In this document: one piece after another, positions 1 to 12,700 of the stretch | How the letters are laid out: every line of letters starts with the position of its first letter | Numbering within the stretch: position 1 is the first letter of the stretch | Source: Klebsormidium nitens | Lineage: Eukaryota > Plantae > Klebsormidiophyceae | Length of the DNA: 33,864 bases | NCBI GenBank assembly: GCA_000708835.1 | Contig: DF237619.1 | Coordinates: 13,623-47,486 of the forward strand | Direction of reading: 5' to 3' | Translations under genes and position numbers: made by a program | The notes under the pieces: generated by a model | What the model saw: only the letters and a program-made list of their open reading frames with translations | What the model was told of the DNA's origin: nothing | The model's database searches: none

Positions 1-249
1 TATAAAATAAATTGATTGATTGATTGAGGTGCATTGCTGTGAATCATTGCTGGACAAAATCAGACACCTATTATCTGGATTGCTCAGAAGTCGCGGCGAA
101 ACCACAAAGATCAGACCCAGTATACTGCATGTTCCATTGGACTTGGGGCGCCGCAATACATTTTCAAATTCGGTCTTATACCAAGCTGCTTCATTGCCAA
201 CCTGGTCGCCAGCAGTGCCCATTCTCTGTAACTGGTCTTTCTTCACAAG

Positions 250-3200
250 ATGGCAGAATGCTCCGACATTGAGTAGGACGGCAGCGAGGACGGCAGCGAG
301 GAGAGCTTCCAAGAGACTACTGAGGACGAGACTAATGAGGAGGTGCAAGAAGAGGAAGACGAGAAAGACTATAGAAGGGCAATTCTAGCTGCAGTGAACA
401 GCGTTGAGAGGCCGGGGAGCTTTGTGGTAAAAGGCAGTCTGGAACTTTACGCGCCTCCAGGACTTGTGCTTCCAGAGCTTGGTCTGGTCAGCTTGCCCCT
501 CATCTCTCAGCAGGCAGAAGCGATTGCCAAGCTGTGTTTCCAAGCACCTTTTGGTCGGAGGTAAGCTACTGTACTCCTATAGACTTTATTTGTGGGTGAA
601 TTGCATTGGTGACAAGCCTTTCTTTTAAACTGAAGTTGGTTGCAAAGTGGTCACAGCTCTTTCATTTCTTTCAGTGAGCTGTAATCACTCCTGCGCTCAT
701 CTTGCACCCAGGCTGAGGTTGGTCAAATAACTGCACCTACAGGAATACAAGCTTCGGCGTAGTGGTTCGGCCACTTCCTAAACTAGTTTACACCTCAGCT
801 CAATCTTTGTGGTTCCCATCAAAGTCTAAGGCAGTCAACATGCTCTTCTTGCAACAAGTCAAAAGGGAGTGTTATCCTCTCTGCAGAGAAGCCACAGTCT
901 ATGATCCTGAGGTCCGCAAGTGCCTGCAGCTTTCTCCAGACCAGTTCCAGCTCACAAATTTCCGCTGGGATGCCCAAGTCCGGAGCATTGCTGGAGGAGA
1001 CATCAGGCGGGATTTAGGACTACCTGAAAAGGTGTCCGTCGTACCTGAGCTGTACAAGCTACTCTTGTATGAAGTTGGAAGCCACTTCGTGCCTCATCGA
1101 GATACGGAGAAGAGCGAAGGGATGTTTGGCACACTGGTTGTTGTGTTGCCGTCAGCACATTCTGGAGGTGAGGTTCACTAGCATACACTGGACACGACAA
1201 TGGGGACTGTATAGGAAGCTGTGGCTCTTCCTTGCTCTTCATAAACAAGCACAAAAAGCCTGCCTGATCAGGAAAAGTGGTGCACTGCTTGCAAAGTAGT
1301 CTCTAAAAAGCTTTCCTTAGTAGAAAGGAACAAGCTGGGTCACACACCCAATTCTTGTGCCTGCAGTGCTCGCTTATCATTGGCTTGATGATCACAGACA
1401 GTTGTAAAAGCTCATGTCTAGGAGAAATCAGGTTAGGAAGATAAGATGCCAGCTGCCCAGTCTTTCTGCCTCTTGAAGTTTTAGCTCCTCAATTCTGCAG
1501 GGGAGTTGATCGTCCGCCATGCCGACAAGGAGAGCATGTTTGATTCGGGCAAGCAGAGCCTGCACTGCGTCCACTACTGCGCCTTCTTCGCCGACTGCGA
1601 GCACGAGATCCGTCCCTTGAATGAGGGCTACCGCCTGGCCCTTGTGTACGATCTGGTAGCACAGAATACGGCACAGATACTGACGCCTGCAGACAATCGC
1701 ACAGCGGTCCAGCATATTCTGGGGGCGGTCGAGGCTTGGGGCGAAGACGAGGAAGGCCCTGATAAGCTGGTGATGCCCTTGGCACACAAGTACTGCACAA
1801 AGAGCCTCGCCTTCGGAAGCCTCAAGGGCACTGACATTGTCACAGTTGAAACGATACTGCAAGCACTTGATGCCAGTGTGAGTGCATCCCCTCAGGCAGG
1901 TTGCCTTTCTTACTTGCCACCCCTTAGGCAGGTTGCCTTCCTCACTTGCCAAGACAGAGAGTGCTTTTAAGTTGGTTCTGTTTACTCTTCTCACTGTTTC
2001 CTATCTTCAATGACAAAAATCACCTGATTTGCGTGCTGCTTGTGGCTTCTTTAAGACTGCAAAAGTCCACGTTCAGCATGTTGGTGCCCCCTTCTCCAGA
2101 GTATCTAAAAACCGAGGGACTTGTCTTCATTGCTGCATTTAACCCATCAAGCTGGTCTCTGTACTGTGGTGACCCTGAAACTTCATTGCAGGTGGGGTCG
2201 ACCGAAACGAGCTTCCAAGTGTCTCTTGGTATGCTGAAGAAGCGAGAGTACGGGTATGGATCTGACGGCGGCCACATTGGGGTCGAAGAGTCCACTCTGC
2301 AGCTTCACAGACATAATTGTTGACGAGACAGGTAAGCTGTGCTTTGCTTTTGACTGACCCGTTTTAGGCCCATCTTGAAGCTATTAACGAAACCGTTAGA
2401 CTCGTTCCGTAAAGCACTATCGCTGTGGTGAGTCCCTTCAACGCGGTTTGTGTGACCCGCTTCTCAAAGCACATGCAATGGATGGACTTTTTTCTTTCAA
2501 AGGTTCAATGCTTTCTATAGAAGAAAAGAGTCAAGCATGTTGTCGACCACCTTCAAGGAGAAACGGGTGCTCTGTTCAATTGTCCCTCGATTGAGACGAC
2601 ATCTGCCTTTCTTAACCATTTTTTCGGGCCTGCAAAGGATACGGCCATGAGGTAACTACCACATTCAAATGTTGACCTGAAAAAATTGCAACTATTCCAA
2701 AGCTGGCTGCAGCACTCGAATAGGACTCCCTGCAGTAGTGATATTCCAGAACTACAGAGAAAAAGTAAAAGCCCGACGGTCTTTTGCCACGTGGGTACCA
2801 CACACTCACACCAATCAATCCTGCAGAATACTGGCCTCGAATTCATGTTGTTGAAGGGCATGTTGACTGCAGGAAAGCACCGGGGGGACGGGAATGGTTT
2901 TTTTAAGGGTTAGGGTGGGGACGGTGCGGAGCGTGTGTCACTGTTCGGTTCGTGTAGTCAAGTTTGGTCGTGGCCCCGAGCACTACCCTTGGTTAAAATG
3001 CGCTCATTAAATATGAATTCGAGATTATTTGCAGAAGTGCTCCCTGAAGACGCGCTGCGGCACTATGCGTGGGACCATTACGACGTCGAAGAAGCCACCG
3101 GGAACGAGGGGGCTTCGATGGACCGATGGTACCACCACGCAGCGCTCGTTCTTTGGCCCCATGCCAAATACTGGAAGGTCAAATGCGCCAACGACCTGGA

Positions 3201-6026
3201 GGGCGCGGTTGAGGTAGGTAGGCGTTCTTGCGTTTTAGTAACCTCCAGCCAAGCTTGCTAGCAGCCGTTGATCGGGGTATGAAGCTTGCTTGCACGCTCG
3301 ACTCCGTGACAAACAGCAGCCGTCCCTTGTGACTGACCGACGTTGACGTCTCAAGCCTCCGTCACTTGCTTGAGCCTTTGAACAGAGTTCCATCAACCTC
3401 TTTATCACCAAGCAGCCGACCAATCTGGATCTGATGGTCCCTGCAGAAAGCCGTTCGTTTAGCGGGGGACATCAAAGATCTGCCGCCTGAATCGGAGGAG
3501 ACAAAGGACATGGAGCGCGCGCTTGACGCCCTATGCCAGGCTGGGGCAGACCTTGGTCCAAGCCAGGCAACTGATGTGGCCAGGTTTATCATCGAGCATG
3601 GAGTTGCTGAGATGGCGGAGGTAAGGCAGCAGGGCAGCGGTGCAGCCTGCTTTTGTTTTTTCTGCGATTAAGGGTGCGCGTCGACCGAAAAGCTGCAAAC
3701 AGCTTTCCTGGTTTTCTAGCCAACCGGATGGCTTTTCAGATCCACGTGGTAACCCAAGGTACATACCAGAAATGTAACATGCCTTGAAAAGTACCGTACC
3801 TCCTACTTGTCGGTACTATACAAAGGTAACACTGGAGGCCAGGTTTTCGGTCGACGCGCAACCTAACGATCTAGACGGACCCCCTCGGTTGGTGTGCTCC
3901 AGAAAGTCAGTTGCTGTAATAGGTGGATATTTCGGGACAACTCCGTAATATTGATCGTCGTTTCAAGACCAGAGTGGTGCACTTTGGACTCCCCGTTCTG
4001 ACATACTTGGGACCTAGGTCAGGCTTACGTTGAACTTCGTAAGCTTCTTTGAGGGAACAACAGACTGTCGCCAGAGCAGCCGTACGTTAATATAGAAGCT
4101 ATCCTTCGACTCTGCAGATTCTGATGGGTACGCTCCCCATCTCCTCCGCGGCTGACGTCACCGTGTTCCTCGGAAGCCACTTCGGCTGGGCGTCTCTCGA
4201 GGCCGCTGTTACGGGCGTTTTCGAGCGAGCGTGCACTCCCTCAAGCCTGGCACTTTGCTTCGACCTGCTTCTCCGGATCGCCCCGTCAACCGGCAGTGCC
4301 GCCGACGTCGTAACGGGGGAGCACTCGGACCAAGCCCCTGTGAACCCCAAAGCTGGTCAACCGCTCAAACCGCGCAGCCCCTCAGAGCTTGGAGCCACTC
4401 CACGTGAACCGGTCTACCAACAACCGGTCGGGGCCACTGTTTTGCAGCCTCCTGGGGGCGAAGCAGCCGTTGAGGACGCGAGCGACAGCTGCGTGGAGAG
4501 TGCTGACGACGAGGGGAGCGCGCGCGAGCGGGCAGACATGTGCGCGCGCATCGTGCCCCTGCTGGTCGCCACGATCTGCAAGGGCCTACCCCGGGCAACC
4601 GCGCGGCCGTACTCCTACTCCGCGCCTACCAAGTTCTGCCTTACGGACGTCGCAACGGCGTCCGCATATGCCCGGGTCTTGGATCGTTTCGGAGCTGACG
4701 CGTGGCAGCCTGCCACCCCCATCTTGATAAAAGAGCAGATCGGGTTTGCTTTCGCGGCGGTTCCCGAGATGCTCTCTCAGTTGGTCGGCGTAGAGAGCCG
4801 GGGCCCATCGCAAGCGGAGCTGACAGCGCCCGGTAAAATGTCCCCCGGGGCGACCATCCTGTGCCAGAATCTGGCGAGCGCGTTCGTGGCAGAGCTGCTG
4901 GCCGATCTCCCTGCGTTTCCTAATCCGTCGGGTTACGGCGGCTACGGATACATCCATAGCGCGGATCGCTCCTCCACCTTCGTCACCGCTTCGCTGAAGG
5001 CTCTGCACTGTCTTGCCGTTGAACCATCCGTTCTCGACCAGGTTGCAGCCCACTTTGTCGCCAACCCCAAGTCTTACTGCATAGACAACGCACTTCTGCC
5101 GGCGATCAGGCAGCTCTCCGACTGGCTGGGACACGCGGCGCCGCACACGTCCTGGTTCGTCACCCTCTGGCGGGCGTGTGTGAATGCGCTCGAGGCGAGG
5201 GCGGCGGCGCGGCCGGCTGAGCCGCGCACTTGGGCGCTCCCCGCACTTTGTGGCTGCCCGTGTAGCCAATGCCGACAGCTGACGGAATTCTGTCGCAATC
5301 CTGTTCGCACAACCATAAAGCTGCCCGTCGCGAAGCCCATCAAGAAGCACGTGCAAAACTCTATTGAAAGGTGAGGACGCAGCATACCGCAACAGGATCT
5401 TTGAACCTACCAGCGGTTTTAATCTGTTCAACAGCGACGAGCGTGTTAGAGAAGAGCAATCAGCTGCTCAACTCCTTGAAAACTCCTTCAGCTGATTGAG
5501 AGGTGTCGTGAGGTTCAAACCCGTGTTACTTGTGTGTACAAATGCGGCGAGAAAGTGGGCTCAAATCTAATAAGCGTTCTCGTTCAGATAGCATTTTCTC
5601 GAGCAACAGGCTTCTTAACTTGCTTGGATGCGCGTGGGCCGCTGATGAGTTTCGGATCAGGGTGTTCTTCGGCGCCCTGCTAGTCATCTTGGCGCTTAGC
5701 ATTCCTCGTTGACGTCTTCATGCAGTCACAAGCTGCCCCTTCAGATCGTCGGGGGCTTCGATGGGGGGTTCGGCAACCCCTTGGTGGTCCAAAAGAACGG
5801 CTCCAGAGGTGCCCCGGACGAGGAGGCGCTGGAAAAGTATCCAGCGCAGAAGGCAGCCTACGAGCGGGATGTCAAGACTCTATTGGAGCTGAGAGCGCTG
5901 AGCGGGGCCGTAATGCAAGAGCGAACACCAAACACGCTGCTGCAGAGCAAGAATCTGAATGGGCAGAAGAACGAACAGCATGTAGATAAGCGAGCAAGGG
6001 TTGTAATTGATCTAGGTGACGAGTGA
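250..6026 (+). CDS. Spliced 2OG-Fe(II) oxygenase superfamily gene (prolyl-4-hydroxylase-like domain plus long C-terminal region); possibly pseudogenised
   Basis: Exons read with GT/AG boundaries: 250-560, 887-1167, 1501-1877, 2192-2331, 3035-3213, 3447-3620, 4118-5370, 5726-6026. Motifs: LYKLLLYEVGSHFVPHRDTEK (HxD), ADCEHEI (distal His), GYRLALVYDL (2OG-binding Arg), ATGNEGASMDRWYHHAALVLWP. There is an in-frame TAG at 274-276, and exon 2192-2331 is one base out of phase. Confidence 0.8.
1891..1951. repeat. Two-copy tandem duplication, period 32 bp, in intron
   Basis: ctcaggcaggttgcctttcttacttgcca (1891) and cttaggcaggttgccttcctcacttgcca (1923); 3 mismatches in 29 bp. Confidence 0.8.
3672..3863. 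mobile_element. Tourist/PIF-Harbinger-like MITE, 192 bp, in an intron of the oxygenase gene
   Basis: TIR GGGTGCGCGTCGACCGAAAA (3672-3691) matches the reverse complement of 3844-3863 (GGTTGCGCGTCGACCGAAAA) at 19/20. Flanked by TAA at 3669-3671 and 3864-3866; a 3-bp TAA/TTA TSD is typical of PIF/Harbinger. Confidence 0.8.
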
Positions 6027-6372
6027 ATGCGAGAGGGTTTAGTGCTCCATATTTGAACTCTTTAGAGTTCCTTTGCATTCCAACATACCGCCACAGCCTC
6101 GAGGGGTGACCTGAGGCGGGTTGTCTGTACAGTAAGTCTCGCTGATGTAATTGTGCAGAACGCCATCACCTTCAAGATCACGGAAGACCGTTCGACATGA
6201 GATCCCCTTTGTACGATTATTGTGTATCTACAAAGGAGGTCTTGGAAGCGAAACCTGTTAGGCTGTACTGAGCGATGTTGCGATTGGACGCCCGAAAAGA
6301 TGTTAAAACAGTGAAAGCACGTTGATTTTAGAAGTTTGCTAGCCGGTACGTACAATATGTCAAAGAGGGGAA

Positions 6373-6422
6373 CCAGGTCACCTGATGTCATCTTGCCAGG
6401 TCACCTGATGCCATCATGCCAG
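6373..6422. repeat. Tandem duplication, period 23 bp, with internal palindrome CAGGTcACCTG
   Basis: ccaggtcacctgatgtcatcttg (6373) then ccaggtcacctgatgccatcatg (6396), then ccag. Confidence 0.75.
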
Positions 6423-9400
6423 TGTGAAACTGTGATGGGTAAACATGACAAACTTCCGTACCGAACATTAAGTTGGTCAACACAGATTTCATAAGATGGT
6501 GTGCATTGTTTCAGTGCGGTTCCTTGAACTACCAGCTTCTGAGGGCGGTGAATTTCGTGATTTTCCGATGCGAAACTTGTGATGGGTTCGGCTCGAGCCC
6601 CACATTCCTAATGCAATCAAAGTGGGGTTCTTCAACATGAAGTTCCTTGCATGATTGGTGCACAAGTACAGCGCGGCCGCTTACTTGGGTACACAGCTTT
6701 CTGGGATCCCCGTTCACCAGCATGGCCCTGTCTGCAAAGTAGCATATGTACTTAAAGTACGTGGTTATGCCAGGCCGACGATCATTGAGGCGGCCTGCAT
6801 GCACGGTGACTGCACTGATACAATATATAGGTAATGACACAATACAGCACTAATTCTAGAGAGATTGCGGCCGTATATATATCCCAAATGTCAACGTCAC
6901 GACGGCTTGAAACGCTTTGGAGAGTGCAGGAAATGAACACGTACAGAACTCGGAAGGGCCATATGTAAGTCTCTCTTTGCCGGCGGCCTTCCGGCCAGTC
7001 ATGACAAAATTGACAACCATGATTTTGCGCTGCGTATAATGTATTTGATTCCAAAGAGATCATGACAGCCATGATCGAGGAGATCCACCTCCGCATCCGG
7101 ATGCGGAGGCCGAACCTCTCCAACTCGCGGCAAGCACTATGCTGCATGCCGGCCATGTGCAGGTGCGGTGGCAGCGAACTCCGTGTGCATACGAGCGGCG
7201 CCGGGCGCCCAGCTAGCATTCACAATTTCATGTATATACGTGTCTCGTCATCGGCGCTGGCACTAGCCGGTGGCATTGTATCCACTTATATTTCAAGTTT
7301 GCATGAGATATAGGAACCCCTATACTTTTGAATGAGAAGAAAGAAACATCAATCAATCGGGCCCGACCTATTGTGATCGGATTCCCTGGACTGAGAGCGG
7401 TTGCACCATAAGCATCCGCATCGCGCAATAGCTCAGCATGACATGCATGCACATCAACACAAGGTTCTGGCCATGAAGTCCTCTACCATTAAGAACCGTC
7501 AATTGCGCCATCAGAAGCCTATGGCCCATGGGTGGCTACGGCGTGTATAAAAAGAGCATTTAAGACCTGCCCCCTGGGGCCAACCTGGCCCTAGACATGA
7601 ACATATAAATTGTGAGTAGGCCATGCAACTTGTGAATGTATCTAGCTGACACATAAACTCTCCTGAAAGCGGATTTGCAACCTGCAACCTTATAAGATGT
7701 CGCAACCTGCCACAAGAAAGTTGTACCAAGAAACCGTGATTACATCACGGGCCCCATTGGAAGCACATGACGACGCCCCTTTCCACAGTAAACACTGATG
7801 TTCGAACTTCCGTTCTCAAAGAGCGAAACCTCGTCAACTTCGTATCAAAAACAAGCGAGTAAGCTTTCGACGCTCAAAAACTTTAGCTTAGGCGCCCTTT
7901 CTATATGCATACAGCTTCCCAAATACATGGAGAAGTGTGACGAACCCAATGAATGCTACACTCATTACCAGAACCACAGTGGGGCTGATCTTCAGTCCAG
8001 GTGCATCATCTGTGTAAAAGCGCATCAAACTGCTGCTGACTGCCCCTCCATAACCTGACCGCCTCCGCGGACCCTTAGCACCTGAACAAGATATACGTAA
8101 AACAAACTAACCATTGATGGCTTTCTTCTCTTGCACGATTGAAATCCATAGAACTAGAGGAGATTCCGCCAACACCGACAGCACTCAAAACGCTTGGTCT
8201 GCTTCCGTAGTTTTACCTCGTAATGAAAGCGATCAGAGACCAGTAGAGTCTACTACCATGGCAAAACCGTGGTTGTCTTTTGCTCATGTATAACAAGGGC
8301 ACATGTCTCCCTACATAGCATCTGTTGGCTGCAACCAGCCATGCATCATCAAAGGACAGCCCTGAGTAGTCACAGCTTTGATCTCTCGTGAACTATTCTC
8401 CACCCTTCCAAATGAACCGGGCAGGATAAACCATTCCTAGCATCAGAGGTCAGTCTTGATTGTCCGCTTCCACTGTGATTTTAACCAGAATGCGCAATTG
8501 GTATTACTGAACCAACTCTTCCCGTCGCTTTATGCACGCCAACTTGATCCGAATCATGAAAATGGGAGACAAAGTTCGTTCGTCAAGATGGAAAACGCTG
8601 GGCACTTTCACCACCGAGAGTTACGATGTGTTTTCAACGGAACAGGATGGACACCAAAGAACTGTAGTAATAATCTGACCCCGCACAATGAAAGAGCGCT
8701 ATGCACTCAAGAATGTCCAATGGATTGCCTCAAAAACCCTAATTTACAAGGATGCATACGCGGTTGCCAGAGGCTGCCAGATCAAAGATACCCTCACCAA
8801 TGAGAATCTTCTGACCTACCTGCACTGCTGAAGATGATCTAAGGATTGTTGCTCGATGATGGCGCAGTTGCATCTACTGGCAGCTTATTGCAGCTCAGAA
8901 GACATTACGATCCACCTCAAAATCGCACGCGAATAAAGGAAGCAGCATACCTTGCACCAAGTCGAATATAGAAAACTGTGCCACCCTGGTTTCTAGATTA
9001 TGGTGACTCTGAGCTACACAGCTCCAGCACATTCAATTGTCAGAGTTTACCTGAGGCGGTTGAGTCAGATCCAATCAGGTCGAATCCCTGATAAATTCCT
9101 GCCAGCCTCCACCAAACCAATCAAAGACCACCTGTGCCCACTCACCTCCCGATGGTCTGCTTGCAAGCGTCCCCGCTGGCGGCGCAGCGGTCGCTGCTCC
9201 GCTCCCCCTTCGGACCAAAGACGATGCCTGGCTGCTGGAACCCTTCGGAGGCATGATGGCTTTGCTGGCAGAAACACACTGTCTCGTTCTATAACAGAAT
9301 CGGAGACAATCAAAGCCCTTGCGCCACCGAAACAATTCAAACAAGCACCTAGCTACTAGTACAAGCGCCTGCTGTGCGTTGACCTGAGCAGCTGTTTGTC

Positions 9401-9771
9401 AAATGAGGCTTGGCAGTTGAACTTGAAAGCAGGAGCTGGAGATGGCTGGAGAACAACAAATTTGCTATACCGGTACGCTGTTGTTCCGATGAAGTACCCA
9501 AACCAACTTCCGGTCTGATCCCGCCCTAAGGAGGGGAATGAAAGCGCTTGGGTACTTGATCCTCTAGGATTGAAACTAGGGTTTGGAGAGTGGTGTGTCC
9601 CCCAGCTCGCCCACCACTGCAGCGTACTGAGCTTGCTTTGTGATCTGCTTTGTAAACAGCTCGAAGTGCTTTTGGCCAACTTGCTTCTCAGGTGCCTTCA
9701 GGAGCTCTGGGACATTGAGAAGATTACGCTTTTCAAGATCAGAGGATCATTGAATATCCTGGTGTAAAGAC

Positions 9772-12700
9772 ATGGCAGGCCTTGATAGCAATCCGGCTAA
9801 GCGGAGGCGAAAAGGCAAGAATGCACCCCCTGAGGAAAAAGAGGCCGAGCGATTAGAAGCGGAGAGGAGTGCTGCAGAGGCGGCTCACCTTGAGAAAGAG
9901 CTCTTTGGTGGCACAGAGGAAGATTTTGATGCATTCGGGCAGGAGGAACGAGTGGAAGAGACGCCTGTTGAAGGGGTGTTAGGGTTTGAAGATCGGCGGG
10001 GGGCGAAGGGGGATGCTGATGAGGTACAAATTCATGATTTTCCGCCTCGACACGTCAAAAGCTTTTCAAAACGCTCCGCAACAAGTGTCACTGGCTCTTA
10101 TCATCAAGCAAGCGGTAATGGTTTGTTTTCAGCTTCTGCATGAGTTTGGAGCTCAAGGGTAAACTCTGGAACACCGTTTTGATTTGGTGGTGCTTTTGTA
10201 GCGCAGGTTTGTCTCTGAAATTCTGGGTGTCTGCAGCTTTCCTCGGCTGGTGTTTACGTCAAGCTGCACCCACCACAACCACTAATGTGTCAAGGCTTAC
10301 AAGAGGATGGGCACTAGTTATTAAATCGTCTTGAGCACCACCACATGGGTTGGCCACTGGTCCCGCCCGACAGTGCCCTCGTATTGGCTCCTTGCTATGT
10401 CATTGCTCTGATGGGTTCTTTATGTCCTCTTGATTTGGCAAGGCTACATTGGTCCAATTGAGTCAGCATTGTACAATACCGCACCACTTGCCTGCGGCCA
10501 GTGAACCAAGTCTTTCTGGTTTTTTACTGGCAACAAGCTGAAACAAGAGGTCTGTTTGACTTTGAACAGTGACTTTGCAAGTTGTATGCAGGCGATTCTG
10601 ATATGCTGGTGCTCCTTAAATCAGGGCTTGAGCTGGACGTTTTGTGATTTCGATTCAACTCTATCAACTCGGCGCATTAGAACACCAGCTGAGTCACATC
10701 AATTAACGAAGCTTCAGATATTTTTCTGACAATCTCAGCAGATCACTATAGGCATGTCTCATGTTGAGGAAATGATGCACCACCGTACTGCAGACTTCAA
10801 CTGCCGCACCTTGACATTGACAGTGACTTAATTATGAAAAAGTATGACGGTGACTAAAGTAGACAAAGTCTATTCTTGTCTTTGCAGGATGAAAGGGCAG
10901 GCCCCCGGCCGGCCTGGGTGGACGACGAAGACGAGGAGGTCACAGTAAACATAGCCAGGGTGAATAGGCTCCGGAAGCTGCGAGCAGAGGAGGAAGAGGT
11001 GGTGTTAACAGGCGCCCAGTATGCTGAGCGGTTGAGGACACAGCATGTAAAGCTTAACAGGGGGACGGAGTGGGCGAAACTAGAAACCAGGGGGAAGCGA
11101 AGGCTGCTGCACGAGGGGGGGTGGGAGGAGGAAGGCGAGGAGGAGGAGCGGGGGGAGATCTTGAGGGAGGCGGGGGACCTGGTGGTGAGTTACGGTTCGT
11201 TGGGCTCCCTGCATTCTGGTTAATGTTAACCACGCATCAGCGATTGGGCTCACCACCTTTCAGTGCCCATTGCCCTAAGCCCGGCCTGCAGTTGAGCGCA
11301 GCGACTGCGTCGTCTGGGCGACACCGTGGCATCCCCTTGAAGGGCGATATGTGCTGTCAGAATTGTCTAGGCGGAGCGCTGTTGTGTACCAAGAAACTCA
11401 AGAAAAGCTTTGGGTTTTCTTGAATTGAACTCAAGAAAAGCTTTGGGTTTTCTTGAATTGAACCGCCACTTCATTGTGCATATGGTGTTGCCAACGAGCT
11501 GTTTCCCTTTTGGCTTTCAATCCCAAGCTGTGATGCCTTCACCTCCGTATTAGGGAATCACCAGGAGGTTGGAGCTTGACTTCTGCAATGTGTTGTTTCT
11601 TTGATCTATCGTTGTGATAATCTTGGGGCATGCCTGCTCAACACTCCCTTGGGGACCAGAAATTTGATGGCGGACTGAAAGTGGAAAATACTGGCTGGTG
11701 GCGGCAGTCCTGGCTGACGTCAACATTGTCAGATATCCCCCGCCCAAACTTGCATACTCACTTCTCGATTGCTTTGGTCTCTCGTTGAAATAGACACGAA
11801 AGCATCGTCCTATAAAGTGTTCAGCAATGACAAGTAACAGAAGCCTTTCAACACTCTGTCTAAGTACTGGTCTGAAAGTCTTGACCCTAATGTAAGACCT
11901 AGCGTGCTCCATGAAAGGGACTCCATGCGATATCTGCTTTCTGGTCCAGGTGCGAAGCCGGACGAAGCTGCCTCAGACCGTGCTGGAGGCCACCAGGATG
12001 CGAGACGCCAACCAGGAAGAGCCCACAAAGGTGAGGGGGAATACTCAGGCCTATGGAAAGTCATGAAGGCACTAGTTGACATGCCCTTCCTGAAACATTC
12101 CACGGGTCTTTGGTTGAAGTCCTGACTGCTGCCTTCCAAGTGGGAGTAATTCCTTATCGGTTTTCAGTTCTCGGCCGCAGCAATTGCTGTGCGAAACTTT
12201 GCGGAGTACAAAAGAGTGGCTTTTCATTTTCAGACTGGGCAGATTGTGAGATAAAGTTGACCTCGAAAACATCTTCGGCTGGAGTGTGTTGCATTTCGAA
12301 AGGCAATTGCAGCAGATTCAAGTTGTGACCCTAGCCTAGGTGCTTTGCTGGAAAGTGTGCTTCATTGAAGGCGTTTGATTCCATGTCAAGTGACGTATAG
12401 TGCCTCCCTGGTACATTGGATGTATGGGCTCTGATGGACAGCACGCTCTGATCTTGCATCCGACGCAACTGACGCGAGGTGCGATAGCCTGAGCCAGAAC
12501 TGCTTCGCTGAATCACTCAGGTGGAAGTGTGCTCTTGTTGGGGGGCTGGCCTGAATGGTGTACGTGCAGGAAAAAACATTTTGAGCAGGAGCACTGAAAG
12601 CGCGCACTTTTGTCACGTTTTCAGGCCACCACATTGTCCTGTCAATCCATGTCTAAGGTCTTCCCAATTTGACCGACCTGGGACTGCTTATGACAGGCGA

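Noticed and set aside
10-27. Microsatellites (ATTG)n at 10-27 and (CATCCAAC)3 at 17836-17859
   Set aside because: Short simple repeats with no sign of function; not telomere-like arrays.
8456-8803. Copia-type integrase remnant
   Set aside because: Only a faint resemblance (MENAGHF to SDNGGEF). The other DDE motifs and spacing were not found.
11395-11463. CRISPR array
   Set aside because: The two palindromic units are directly adjacent with no spacer, there are no cas genes, and the context is a eukaryotic intron.
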